Assembly: GCA_012800735.1 (NCBI GenBank)
Contig: JAAZIU010000028.1
Coordinates: 3,245-67,244, forward strand
Reading direction: 5' to 3'
Source: Clostridiales bacterium
GTDB lineage: Bacteria; Bacillota; Clostridia; Oscillospirales; CAG-272
DNA length: 64,000 bases
Position 1 is the stretch's first letter; each line of letters starts with the position of its first letter. The notes under the pieces were generated by a model. That model saw nothing but the letters and a program-made list of their open reading frames with translations, did not search any database and was not told the DNA's origin. Position numbers and translations under genes: made by a program. Below, piece after piece: positions 46,500-55,467 of the stretch.

Positions 46500-48614
46500 A
46501 TGGACGAAAAACTGAAACCGCTTTATAATGAAATTTATTCGCCGAAAAAGGCGGTATACGCCGCGAACCTTTACAAGGGACGGGGATACTACGCCGACCT
46601 TTCCGTCTCTCCGGCGCGCGCCCGCGCGAATGCCTTTTCGGCGCTGCTTTCCCAGTCGGAGGTTCATGTTTACGAAAACGACCTCATCGCCGGCTCCCTC
46701 CGCGGGCTTTTCCTTGACGAGGGCGAATTCGACCCCTCCGAGCTTGAAAGGGGCAACGCCGTCTGCGGCGCTTACGGCGAACGCGGTTTCCGCGAACAGG
46801 CGGACCACTACGCTCCGCTTTATTCAAAGCTGCTTTCTCGCGGAATTCCGGGGCTGCTCGAAGACATCGCCGAATCGAAGAAAAAGTATATAAACGACCC
46901 CGGCAAGGTGGATTTCTTAGAGTGCTGCCGCGTCTCGATGGAGGCGTTCCGGACGCTGCTTTTAAATTACGCCGACGAGGCGAATTCTCCCGAGATGAAA
47001 GAGACGCTTGAAGCCGTCGCTTACTCGGCTCCGAAGACTTTCCGCCAGGCGCTCCAGCTTGTCTGGATGGCGCACATCGTCTTTGCGATGCAGGGGCTTT
47101 ACGCGATGGCGTTCGGGCGCATCGACCAGTATCTGTACCCGTTCTATAAAGCCGATATCGAGGCGGGCAGGGAGAGCTGCGAATCGGCGGAGACGCTTAT
47201 TGCCAACGCCTTTATGAAGATCGCCGAGCGGCGCGCTTTTACCGGCGGCGACGACGTCTGCAACATCTGCATCGGCGGCGTCAGGCCGGACGGCGAAAAC
47301 GGGGTAAACGAGCTTTCTTATGCGGTATTAGGCGCCGTCCGCCGCTGCAATATCCCCGGCCCCAACCTGTCCGCGAGGATTGGCTCCGGCGACCCCGCAG
47401 AGTTTCTGCCCGAATGCCTTAAAGTCATCGGCACCGGCCTCGGATATCCGGCGCTGATGAACGATGAGGTCAACGTCGATTCTATGGCGCGACTGGGCTA
47501 TCCAATTGAGCATGCCCGCGACTTCTGCATGGTCGGCTGCATTGAGAATCTGATTGAGGGGCGGCAGGAGCCGTGGAACGACGGCCGTTTTGACACCCCG
47601 AAATACATCGAGCTGACGCTGAACCGCGGCGTCGATATGCTGACCGGCAAAAAGACCGGCGTCGACTGCGGCGACCCCGCCGGGTTCAACACAATGGAAC
47701 AGTTCATGGACGCCTACAAAAAGCAGCTTGACATCGCAATTAAGGGCTATGTTCTGAACATCAACGCGACGATGAAGAAGCTGAATCCGAAGAATTTCGT
47801 CAATCCGTTCATGTCCTGTATTACCGACGACTGCATCGGCCGCGGACTCGACGTCTGCGACGGCGGCGCGCTTTATCCCGGAAACCACGGCGCGGCGGTA
47901 ATGGGCATCGGCACCGTCGCCGACTCGCTTGCCGCAATCGAGAAGTGCGTCTACGACGACAAGACCGTCACGATGGAGGAGCTTGTCGCGGCGCTTCGCG
48001 CCGATTTCGACGGCTTTGAAGAAACCCGCCGTCAGCTTCTGTCAGCGCCTAAATACGGCAACAACGACGATTACGCCGACAAATACGCGATAGAGTTCGT
48101 CGACTTCCTCGCCGCCCGGTTTGATTCATACAAAACGCCGAACGGCGGTCATTTCGTGATACTTTGCGCCGCGAACACCTCAAATATCTGGAGCGGACGC
48201 AACACCGCCGCCACCCCCGACGGCCGCCGCGCCCGCGAGCCTATCTCCGACGCCGGCAGCCCGACTTACGGCTGCGACAGAAGCGGCGTCACCCAAACGG
48301 TATTGAGCCTTGTTAAGCCCGACTACACAAAGGTTTCCGGCGGTTCGGTAGTGAACCAGAAATTTACCCCGAATGTCTTTACCGAGGCAAATCTGCCGGC
48401 GCTGACGGCGCTTCTGCGGGTTTATTTCGCCCGCGGCGGCCAGGAGATGCAGATAAACAGCGTCAGCCGCGAAACGCTGAAAGACGCGATGGAGCATCCG
48501 GAGAAATACGAGAACTTAGTTGTCCGCGTTTCCGGTTTCAGCGCATACTTTACCCGACTCGACCGAAGCGTCCAGAGCGATATACTTGAGCGCACCGAAC
48601 ACTCGGCGGTGTGA
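46500..48614 (+). CDS. Glycyl radical enzyme (PFL2/dehydratase-lyase class), short form
   Basis: 704 aa. C-terminal glycyl radical motif VVRVSGFSAYFTRL..QSDILERTEH, and thiyl loop MVGCIENL (Cys-x-Glu as in the eliminating GREs). Confidence 0.85.
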   Translation: MDEKLKPLYNEIYSPKKAVYAANLYKGRGYYADLSVSPARARANAFSALLSQSEVHVYENDLIAGSLRGLFLDEGEFDPSELERGNAVCGAYGERGFREQADHYAPLYSKLLSRGIPGLLEDIAESKKKYINDPGKVDFLECCRVSMEAFRTLLLNYADEANSPEMKETLEAVAYSAPKTFRQALQLVWMAHIVFAMQGLYAMAFGRIDQYLYPFYKADIEAGRESCESAETLIANAFMKIAERRAFTGGDDVCNICIGGVRPDGENGVNELSYAVLGAVRRCNIPGPNLSARIGSGDPAEFLPECLKVIGTGLGYPALMNDEVNVDSMARLGYPIEHARDFCMVGCIENLIEGRQEPWNDGRFDTPKYIELTLNRGVDMLTGKKTGVDCGDPAGFNTMEQFMDAYKKQLDIAIKGYVLNINATMKKLNPKNFVNPFMSCITDDCIGRGLDVCDGGALYPGNHGAAVMGIGTVADSLAAIEKCVYDDKTVTMEELVAALRADFDGFEETRRQLLSAPKYGNNDDYADKYAIEFVDFLAARFDSYKTPNGGHFVILCAANTSNIWSGRNTAATPDGRRAREPISDAGSPTYGCDRSGVTQTVLSLVKPDYTKVSGGSVVNQKFTPNVFTEANLPALTALLRVYFARGGQEMQINSVSRETLKDAMEHPEKYENLVVRVSGFSAYFTRLDRSVQSDILERTEHSAV

Positions 48615-48774
48615 CCCCCGGATTAATCTGAATAAAACGGCGGCTTTTACCGAAAACGGCGAAAGCCGCCGAAATTTTGCGCCGTGTGTTAAAATTAACA
48701 CAATCCGCTTTAAATTTCACCTTAATTGGTGTATAATATAGAGGAAGAAAATAATCAAACAAGGAGTATATAAT

Positions 48775-49350
48775 ATGTCAAACAAGTTCATCGTCGAGAC
48801 TTCCGCTCACCACCTTCATTTGAGCGCCGAACACCTTGCAATTCTTTTCGGCGAAGACGCCGAGCTTACCGTCAGAAAGATGCTGAGCCAGCCGGGGCAG
48901 TTTGCCTGCGAAGAGCAGGTTGCAGTTGAAGGCCCCCGCGGCCGTCTTGAGCGCGTTCGCGTTTTAGGTCCCGTCCGCGCCGAGAGCCAGGTCGAGCTTT
49001 CCGCCACCCACGCCCGCACCCTCGGCATCAAAGCTCCCGTCCGCGAATCCGGCGTAATCGACGGCACTCCCGGCTGCAAGCTGATCGGCCCTTGCGGCGA
49101 AGTTGAGCTCGACAAGGGCGTCATCATAGCCAAGCGCCACATCCATATGACCCCCGCCGACGCCGAAGCTTTCGGAGTCGCCGACAAAGACATCGTCTCC
49201 GTTAAAATAGACACCCCCGACCGTTCCCTGATTTTCGGCGACACCGTCGTCCGCGTTTCCCCCAAGTTCGCCCTTGCGATGCACATTGACACCGACGAAT
49301 CAAACGCCGCCAACGCCGGCGGAGAAGTTTACGGAGAGATAGTCAGGTAA
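48775..49350 (+). CDS. pduL: Phosphate propanoyltransferase
   Basis: ETSAHHLHLS..., RVLGPVR, AKRHIHMTP, AMHIDTDE (duplicated PduL His motifs). Confidence 0.85.
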   Translation: MSNKFIVETSAHHLHLSAEHLAILFGEDAELTVRKMLSQPGQFACEEQVAVEGPRGRLERVRVLGPVRAESQVELSATHARTLGIKAPVRESGVIDGTPGCKLIGPCGEVELDKGVIIAKRHIHMTPADAEAFGVADKDIVSVKIDTPDRSLIFGDTVVRVSPKFALAMHIDTDESNAANAGGEVYGEIVR

Positions 49351-49408
49351 TCTAAGGTTTTTCAGCCGCCGCGCTGAGTTACGGCTTAAAACCGGATATT
49401 ACATATAA

Positions 49409-49475
49409 TAACTAAACTTCGGAACAGCGATGTTTTGCCCCCGGCAAAACTCGCGAATAGCGCGAAGCGCTATTC
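49409..49475 (-). repeat. Hairpin-train repeat unit
   Basis: taactaaacttcggaacagcgatgttttgcccccggcaaaactcgc followed by gaatagcgcgaagcgctattc. Confidence 0.75.
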
Positions 49476-49540
49476 ATAGTAAGTTAAGTTTTTTGGGTGT
49501 GAGAAAAACCTTTTTTTAAAAAAGGTCTTTCTCTTTAATC

Positions 49541-49657
49541 TCCGGCGACACCGTCGTCCGCGTCTCCCCCAAGTTCGCCCTCGCGATGCACATCGACACC
49601 GACGAATCGAACGCCGCCAACGCCGGCGGAGAAGTTTACGGAGAGATAGTCAGGTAA
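49541..49657 (+). pseudogene. Tandem duplicate of the last ~115 nt of pduL
   Basis: Encodes GDTVVRVSPKFALAMHIDTDESNAANAGGEVYGEIVR*, identical in aa to the parent. All 4 nt differences are synonymous. The 3' UTR is also copied, to ~49698. Confidence 0.8.
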
Positions 49658-49700
49658 TCTAAGGTGTTTCAGCCGCCGCGCCGAGGTACGGCTTAAACCA

Positions 49701-49833
49701 ATAAAAACTAAACTTTGGTGCGGCGATGTTTTGCCTCCGGCAAAACTCGCGAATGGCGCGAAGCAGCCATTCAGGGGCGAGTGATGTTTCACCGAAGGTG
49801 AAACTCACAGCCGGCGCGGAGCGCCGGCAGACG
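49701..49833 (-). repeat. Composite hairpin-train repeat (two cores)
   Basis: ..aaactttggtgcggcgatgttttgcctccggcaaaactcgc, then gaatggcgcgaagcagccattc, then gtgatgtttcaccgaaggtgaaactcac (49781-49808), then gccggcgcggagcgccggc. Confidence 0.75.
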
Positions 49834-50008
49834 CAGTAAACATTCTGTGAATTTATCACATTCGGTCTTTTAAATACAGGCGGAATATGATATAATTATA
49901 ATAATCGCAGTGCGGAAAGCACTGCGAAAACACCGTAAGCACGGTCGGCGGCGCCTCAGGCCCCGGCTTTGTTTTCGGCAAGAATATATTTTATGAGGAG
50001 ATTTTATT

Positions 50009-50272
50009 ATGCTCAAAGAAAAGAAACAGGAAATTATGCAGGAGTACGGCATCCATGAGAACGATACCGGCTCCCCCGAGGTTCAGATAGCGCTGCTTAC
50101 CTATCGTATCACAAGCCTTACCGAACACCTTAAGGCAAATCCGAAGGATAACCACTCCCGCCGCGGTCTTCTTATGATGGTCGGCCGCCGCCGCGGACTT
50201 TTGGGTTATCTCCAGAAGAACGACATCATGCGTTATCGCGCCATCGTCGACAAACTCGGTCTGCGTAAATAA
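50009..50272 (+). CDS. rpsO: 30S ribosomal protein S15
   Basis: 87 aa: ..[37 protein letters not shown]. Confidence 0.95.
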   Translation: MLKEKKQEIMQEYGIHENDTGSPEVQIALLTYRITSLTEHLKANPKDNHSRRGLLMMVGRRRGLLGYLQKNDIMRYRAIVDKLGLRK

Positions 50273-50278
50273 CAGCAA

Positions 50279-50325
50279 AACGGTTCGCCCCGAGGCGTCT
50301 GTCCCGGGCGAACCGTCGTTTTTTG
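50279..50325 (+). terminator. rpsO terminator/attenuator
   Basis: aacggttcgccc..gggcgaaccgt followed by cgttttttg. Confidence 0.8.
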
Positions 50326-50509
50326 TGTTGTATTTCCCAATCGCTTTTTTATTATGTACCCCATTAACGTCAAAGGACGCAGTTTATAAACAAGCATTCA
50401 TCCGTATAAGGATTAGCAGTTCAATATGCCGCATATCGGCTGTCCGATTTGCCGTGTATTCGAGTGCTAAACCTCTGCGGATGAAAAAACAAACCACAGG
50501 AGGTTTTTA

Positions 50510-52699
50510 ATGTTCAGTAATTTCAAGGTTTTTGAGTACGAGCTTGCCGGACGCAAACTCGTAATCGAAACCGGCAAGATGGCGGGGCTCGCCAACGGCT
50601 CCTGCCTCGTCCGCTACGGCGACACCGCGGTGCTTTGCAGCGCGACGGCGTCTAAAATGCCCCGCGAAGGCATCGATTTTCTGCCGCTTTCCGTCGATTA
50701 TGAAGAAAGACTTTACGCCGTCGGTCATATTCCCGGCTCCTTCCTTAAGCGCGAAGGCCGTCCGACCGAAAACGCGGTTCTCTCTTCCCGCGTAATCGAC
50801 CGCCAGATTCGCCCGCTTTTCCCGAAAGATCTGCGCAACGACATCGCTATCAACCTGATGGTTATGAGCGTTGAACAGGACTGCAGCCCGGAGTTTTGCG
50901 GAATGCTCGGCGCGTCTGTCGCCCTTTCGATTTCCGATATTCCGTGGAACGGCCCTACCGCCGGCGTTCTCGTCGGCATGGTCGACGGAGAATTTTGCAT
51001 CAACCCGACGCAGGAACAGCGCGCGAAGTCGGACCTTGAGCTGACCGTCGCGGGTTCCGAAGCAAAGGTCGTCATGATCGAAGCCGGCGCAAACGAAGTC
51101 GGCGACAAAGACATGTTCGACGCCATCATGCTCGCGCATGAGGAAGTTAAAGGGCTTTGCCGCTTCATCAACGGCATAGTAGCCGAGATAGGCAAGCCGA
51201 AATTCGAATATCCCTCCGGCGCGATTGACGCAGAGCTTTTAGCCGAAATCGAGGCGATGGTAAAAGAGGATGTGAAGCTCGCGCTTGACACCGACGACAA
51301 GTCTGTCCGCGACGCCCGCCTCCAGCCGATAATTGAGCGCGTTTACGCCGAATACGACGAGAAGTATCCGAATCAGCGCGGAATGCTCGACGAGATACTT
51401 TATCAGATACAGAAGCATATCGTCCGCGAATGGCTGATAACCGACAAGAAGCGCGTCGACGGCCGCGGTATGGATCAGATTCGTCCGCTCGCCGCCGAAG
51501 TAGGTCTCTTCCCGCGCGTTCACGGAAGCGGAATGTTCGCCCGCGGTCAGACGCAGGTGGTTACAAACTGCACTTTGGGTTCTCTCGCCGAATCTCAGCT
51601 GCTTGACGGCATCGACGAGGCGACCTCGAAGAGATATATGCACCATTACAATATGCCGCCCTTCTCGACCGGCGAAGCGAGATCGGTTCGCTCTCCCGGC
51701 CGCCGCGAGATAGGTCACGGCGCTCTCGCAGAACGCGCGCTGAGCCCGGTGCTTCCGACGGTTGAAGACTTCCCGTACGCTATCCGCTGCGTCTCCGAAG
51801 TCGTTTCCTCCAACGGCTCCACCTCTCAGGCCGCCGTCTGCGGCTCTACGCTCGCGCTGATGGACGCCGGCGTTCCGATTACCGCCGCCGTCGCCGGAAT
51901 CTCCTGCGGACTTATCACCGAGGGAGAACGCTGGATGACGATGATTGACATCCAGGGACTTGAAGACTTCTACGGCGACATGGACTTCAAGGTTGCCGGT
52001 ACCCTCAAGGGCATCACCGCGATTCAGATGGACCTCAAAATCGACGGTCTTACCCCGGAAATTATCTGGGCCGCGCTGACGACTACCCACGCCGCCCGCA
52101 ACTATATAATCGAGAATGTGATGCTTCGCGCAATCCCGGCGCCGCGTCCCGACGTTTCGAAGTACGCGCCGAAGATGATTACCATGCATATCAACCCCGA
52201 CTTTATCCGCGATGTCATCGGCAGCGGCGGAAAGGTCATTCAGAAGATTACCGCCGACACCGGCGCGAAGATAGACATCGAAGACGACGGAACCATCTTT
52301 ATCGCCGCCGTCGACCGCGACGCAGGTCTTTTAGCTCAGAAGATTATCGAAAACATCTGCTTCGAGCCGGAGGAAGGCGCGATTTACGAAGGCGTTGTAA
52401 CAAGGATCATCCCGATCGGCGCTTTCGTCGAGTTCGCTCCCGGCAAGGAGGGAATGGTTCACATCTCCAAGCTTGCCGACTACCGCGTTGAAAAAGTCGA
52501 GGACATCTGCAAGGAAGGCGACACCATGCGGGTCAAGTATCTCGGTGTCGATGAAAAAGGCCGCATGAATCTCAGCCGCCGCGACGCCCTGACCGCCGAC
52601 GAGAAGGCCGCCGAGGTGCCGAAAGCGCCCTCGGTCGACCCGGAAGCCCGCCGCAGTCCTTATGTTCCGAGAAGCCAGCGGCGCGGAAGAGACGATTAA
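50510..52699 (+). CDS. pnp: Polyribonucleotide nucleotidyltransferase
   Basis: 729 aa with two RNase PH domains, KH and S1 (GAIYEGVVTRIIPIGAFVEF). Confidence 0.95.
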   Translation: MFSNFKVFEYELAGRKLVIETGKMAGLANGSCLVRYGDTAVLCSATASKMPREGIDFLPLSVDYEERLYAVGHIPGSFLKREGRPTENAVLSSRVIDRQIRPLFPKDLRNDIAINLMVMSVEQDCSPEFCGMLGASVALSISDIPWNGPTAGVLVGMVDGEFCINPTQEQRAKSDLELTVAGSEAKVVMIEAGANEVGDKDMFDAIMLAHEEVKGLCRFINGIVAEIGKPKFEYPSGAIDAELLAEIEAMVKEDVKLALDTDDKSVRDARLQPIIERVYAEYDEKYPNQRGMLDEILYQIQKHIVREWLITDKKRVDGRGMDQIRPLAAEVGLFPRVHGSGMFARGQTQVVTNCTLGSLAESQLLDGIDEATSKRYMHHYNMPPFSTGEARSVRSPGRREIGHGALAERALSPVLPTVEDFPYAIRCVSEVVSSNGSTSQAAVCGSTLALMDAGVPITAAVAGISCGLITEGERWMTMIDIQGLEDFYGDMDFKVAGTLKGITAIQMDLKIDGLTPEIIWAALTTTHAARNYIIENVMLRAIPAPRPDVSKYAPKMITMHINPDFIRDVIGSGGKVIQKITADTGAKIDIEDDGTIFIAAVDRDAGLLAQKIIENICFEPEEGAIYEGVVTRIIPIGAFVEFAPGKEGMVHISKLADYRVEKVEDICKEGDTMRVKYLGVDEKGRMNLSRRDALTADEKAAEVPKAPSVDPEARRSPYVPRSQRRGRDD

Positions 52700-52707
52700 C
52701 CGCCGAC

Positions 52708-52743
52708 GCGGGGATGGGCAAGCGCCTCTCCCCGCGTTTTTTG
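52708..52743 (+). terminator. pnp terminator
   Basis: gcgggga-tgggcaagcgcctc-tccccgc followed by gtttttt. Confidence 0.75.
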
Positions 52744-52857
52744 ACTTTAAAATAATATATATTCTCACGGCGCTCTTCCCGTAATTTGATTTTTTTCGGC
52801 GAATGCGCCGAAAATGCCGCAAATGAAAATATTTATCCGAAAGGAAGTTATAAAATC

Positions 52858-53496
52858 ATGGAACAGCTCAGAATGCTTCTCGTCGACGGAACTCATATCC
52901 CGGCGAACGCGCCGGACGGCTGGTATATATTATCGCACGCCGACATGATGCGGCGGTACGCCGAAGCAAACCCGAAGGCTTCAAAGGAACAGCTCGAAGA
53001 ATACGACGGAAAGCTGGCCGACGGCTGGCTTCTTGCCTGCGAAAGCCTGAACGGCAGCATAAAGCCGCGCGAGACTTTTTATAAAGACATGATAGGCGAC
53101 CCCGACTGCGGCGCCGAGCGGATTTTCTATATCGTCCGCCGCTCCGACGACTTTATCGGCGGCACCGCCACCGCCAAAATTAACCCGGAAACTCCGTCGC
53201 TGCACATGGTCGGCGTCGCCAACTGCTGCCAGGGGCAGGGGCTTTCCTTTTCCGTCTGCGCCGCCGCGACAAACGCGATGATCGACGCCGGTATCAGAAG
53301 CATCCGGCTGCTGACAAACGATTTCCGCATCCCGGCGCTGAAAACGTATCTTAAATTGGGGTATATGCCGTGGTATTATCTCGACGATATGCGTGACCGC
53401 TGGAACGTCGTTTTTGACGAGCTGGGCGAGAAATACGACCGGAAGAAATTTTTTGCGTATGAGGAAGACGGGGAAACTAAAAGGACGATTGAATAA
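52858..53496 (+). CDS. GNAT-family acetyltransferase-like protein
   Basis: ATG 52858 follows an AAAGGAAG RBS. VANCCQGQGLS.. and LKTYLKLGY resemble GNAT motifs A and B. Confidence 0.55.
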   Translation: MEQLRMLLVDGTHIPANAPDGWYILSHADMMRRYAEANPKASKEQLEEYDGKLADGWLLACESLNGSIKPRETFYKDMIGDPDCGAERIFYIVRRSDDFIGGTATAKINPETPSLHMVGVANCCQGQGLSFSVCAAATNAMIDAGIRSIRLLTNDFRIPALKTYLKLGYMPWYYLDDMRDRWNVVFDELGEKYDRKKFFAYEEDGETKRTIE

Positions 53497-53550
53497 CCGC
53501 AAAGCGCTTATTCAAAGCAAATTAATTAAAATATAATTATATAAAATAAA

Positions 53551-53997
53551 ATGAAACTTAAAGTTAAAGTCAAGCGGGTGCGTGACAGCGCGAAGCTGCC
53601 GCACTCGGGTTCTGTGATTGCCGCCGGATATGACCTTTCCGCCGCGATCAATGAAGATATTATTATTCCGCCCGGCTGCTGGGCGGCTGTCCCCACCGGG
53701 ATTGCGATTGAGCCGGAGAGCGACGCCGTCGTCGGCTTTGTCCTGCCGCGGTCGGGGCTCGGCGCGAAACACGGCGTTGTGCTGCGGAACTCTGTCGGCG
53801 TAATTGACGCCGATTACCGCGGCGAGATAATTGTCACCCTCGTGAATACCGGGGAGGAGAGTTTCGTCGTTCATCCCGGCGACAGGATAGCGCAGCTCGT
53901 CTTTCTGCCGGTCTTTGCGGCGGAGTTTATCGAGGCAGAGGAGCTTTCCGAGACGGGGAGGGGCGCCTCCGGATTCGGGTCTACCGGGGTGAAGTAA
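53551..53997 (+). CDS. dut: dUTP diphosphatase
   Basis: AAGYDL, PRSGLG.KHG, VIDADYRGEI, GDRIAQL, RG..GFGSTG. Confidence 0.92.
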   Translation: MKLKVKVKRVRDSAKLPHSGSVIAAGYDLSAAINEDIIIPPGCWAAVPTGIAIEPESDAVVGFVLPRSGLGAKHGVVLRNSVGVIDADYRGEIIVTLVNTGEESFVVHPGDRIAQLVFLPVFAAEFIEAEELSETGRGASGFGSTGVK

Positions 53998-54117
53998 TAA
54001 AGGGAAGTGGTTCTCTGAAATACGGTGGAATCCGGCTCCGGATTCGGTTCTACCGGGGTGAAGTAATTGACATAAGCTGGAATCCGGCGGGGGTTTGGGT
54101 CGACGGGGATAAAATAA
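53967..54117 (+). repeat. Three-fold stutter of the dut 3' end, including the stop codon
   Basis: ctccggattcgggtctaccggggtgaagtaa (53967-53997), ctccggattcggttctaccggggtgaagtaa (54036-54066), and a degenerate third copy at 54078-54117. Confidence 0.8.
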
Positions 54118-54223
54118 AGCGGTGAAGGGAGTTGAATCTCAGGGATAACGTTCAATTTTCACACAGGCGCCGCGGATGAAGGCGGAGAGGAATTCATCGC
54201 GGAAACGAAAGGGAAATTTTGCG

Positions 54224-55387
54224 ATGAAAATAGTATGGTTTTGCATCCCGGCGCACGGACATACCAATCCCACTCTGGGAGTGGTAAAGGAATTGACGAA
54301 CGCCGGACATGAAGTTTATTACTTTTCCTTTGAAATGCTTCGCGAGAAGATTGAGCGGGCGGGGGCGGTGTTTATCTCCTGCGACGGCTTTGATTTTGAT
54401 ATACGGGACAAGAACGCCGCCGACAGGGTCGGGAAAGATATCGCCTTTGCAACGGAACTTCTGGTCAAAGCGACATTGGCGCTGGATGAGATGATTTCCG
54501 AAAAGGTAAAGGAAATCAAGCCGGATCTGATTGTGTCGGACTCTATCGCTTATTGGGGAAAACTGACTGCGATGAAATACGGTATTCCCTATGTTTCTTC
54601 GACCACGACTTTCGCGTTCAACCGGTATTCGTCAAGATATCTGAAACGCGGGGCGGGGGAGATTATCAAAATGATTTTCACCATGCCCAAGATAAACAAA
54701 TATCTGCAGCTGCTCCGCGATAACGGCTATCCGGTGAAAAACATATATGATATCGTCAGCAACGACAACGAGACAAATACTATCGTTTACACTTCAAAAG
54801 AGTTTCAGCCCTGCTCGGAGACTTTTTCCGACAGATACCGCTTTATCGGCCCGTCGATCAGGCCCATCGAGAGCGAAATGAAGAAAACGGCCGCAAAAAC
54901 CGTTTATATTTCGATGGGAACCGTGATGAAAAACAAAGAGATATACGTAAACTGCATTAAAGCCCTCGGAAACACCGATTATCAGGTGATTATTTCGCTG
55001 GGAGACAACAGCGTTGAGATTGAAGATATACCGGAAAATATCGGGATTTACAAGTCCGTCGACCAGATGGCGGTGTTGTCGATAGCCGATGTGTTTTTGA
55101 CGCACTGCGGGATGAATTCCGTTTCGGAGGCGCTGTATTACGAGGTGCCGCTCGTTATGCTGCCGCAGACGCCGGAGCAGGGCGCCGTTGCAAAAAGAGC
55201 CGAAGAACTGAATGCGGGAGTGTTTCTTAAAAACACAGGCGAGAGCGCCATTATTTCGGCGATTGAGACGATTTTGTCGAACGCGGAATATAAAAGCGCG
55301 GCGAAGAAAATTTCCGAAAGCTTCAAGAGGTGCGGCGGAGTTTTTGCCGCGAGGGAGTTTTTGGAGAAGATTTATCGGGGAGATTGA
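54224..55387 (+). CDS. MGT-family (macrolide-type) UDP-glycosyltransferase, GT1
   Basis: MKIVWFCIPAHGHTNPTLGVVKEL, and C-terminal THCGMNSVSEALYYEVPLVMLPQ..EQ. AT-richer than the flanks. Confidence 0.8.
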   Translation: MKIVWFCIPAHGHTNPTLGVVKELTNAGHEVYYFSFEMLREKIERAGAVFISCDGFDFDIRDKNAADRVGKDIAFATELLVKATLALDEMISEKVKEIKPDLIVSDSIAYWGKLTAMKYGIPYVSSTTTFAFNRYSSRYLKRGAGEIIKMIFTMPKINKYLQLLRDNGYPVKNIYDIVSNDNETNTIVYTSKEFQPCSETFSDRYRFIGPSIRPIESEMKKTAAKTVYISMGTVMKNKEIYVNCIKALGNTDYQVIISLGDNSVEIEDIPENIGIYKSVDQMAVLSIADVFLTHCGMNSVSEALYYEVPLVMLPQTPEQGAVAKRAEELNAGVFLKNTGESAIISAIETILSNAEYKSAAKKISESFKRCGGVFAAREFLEKIYRGD

Positions 55388-55467
55388 AAAACCGTTTGTT
55401 CGCTCAAGCGACAACTTATACTATTAATAAACAACATATACACAAACAAGCAAAGGCTGACTTTACA

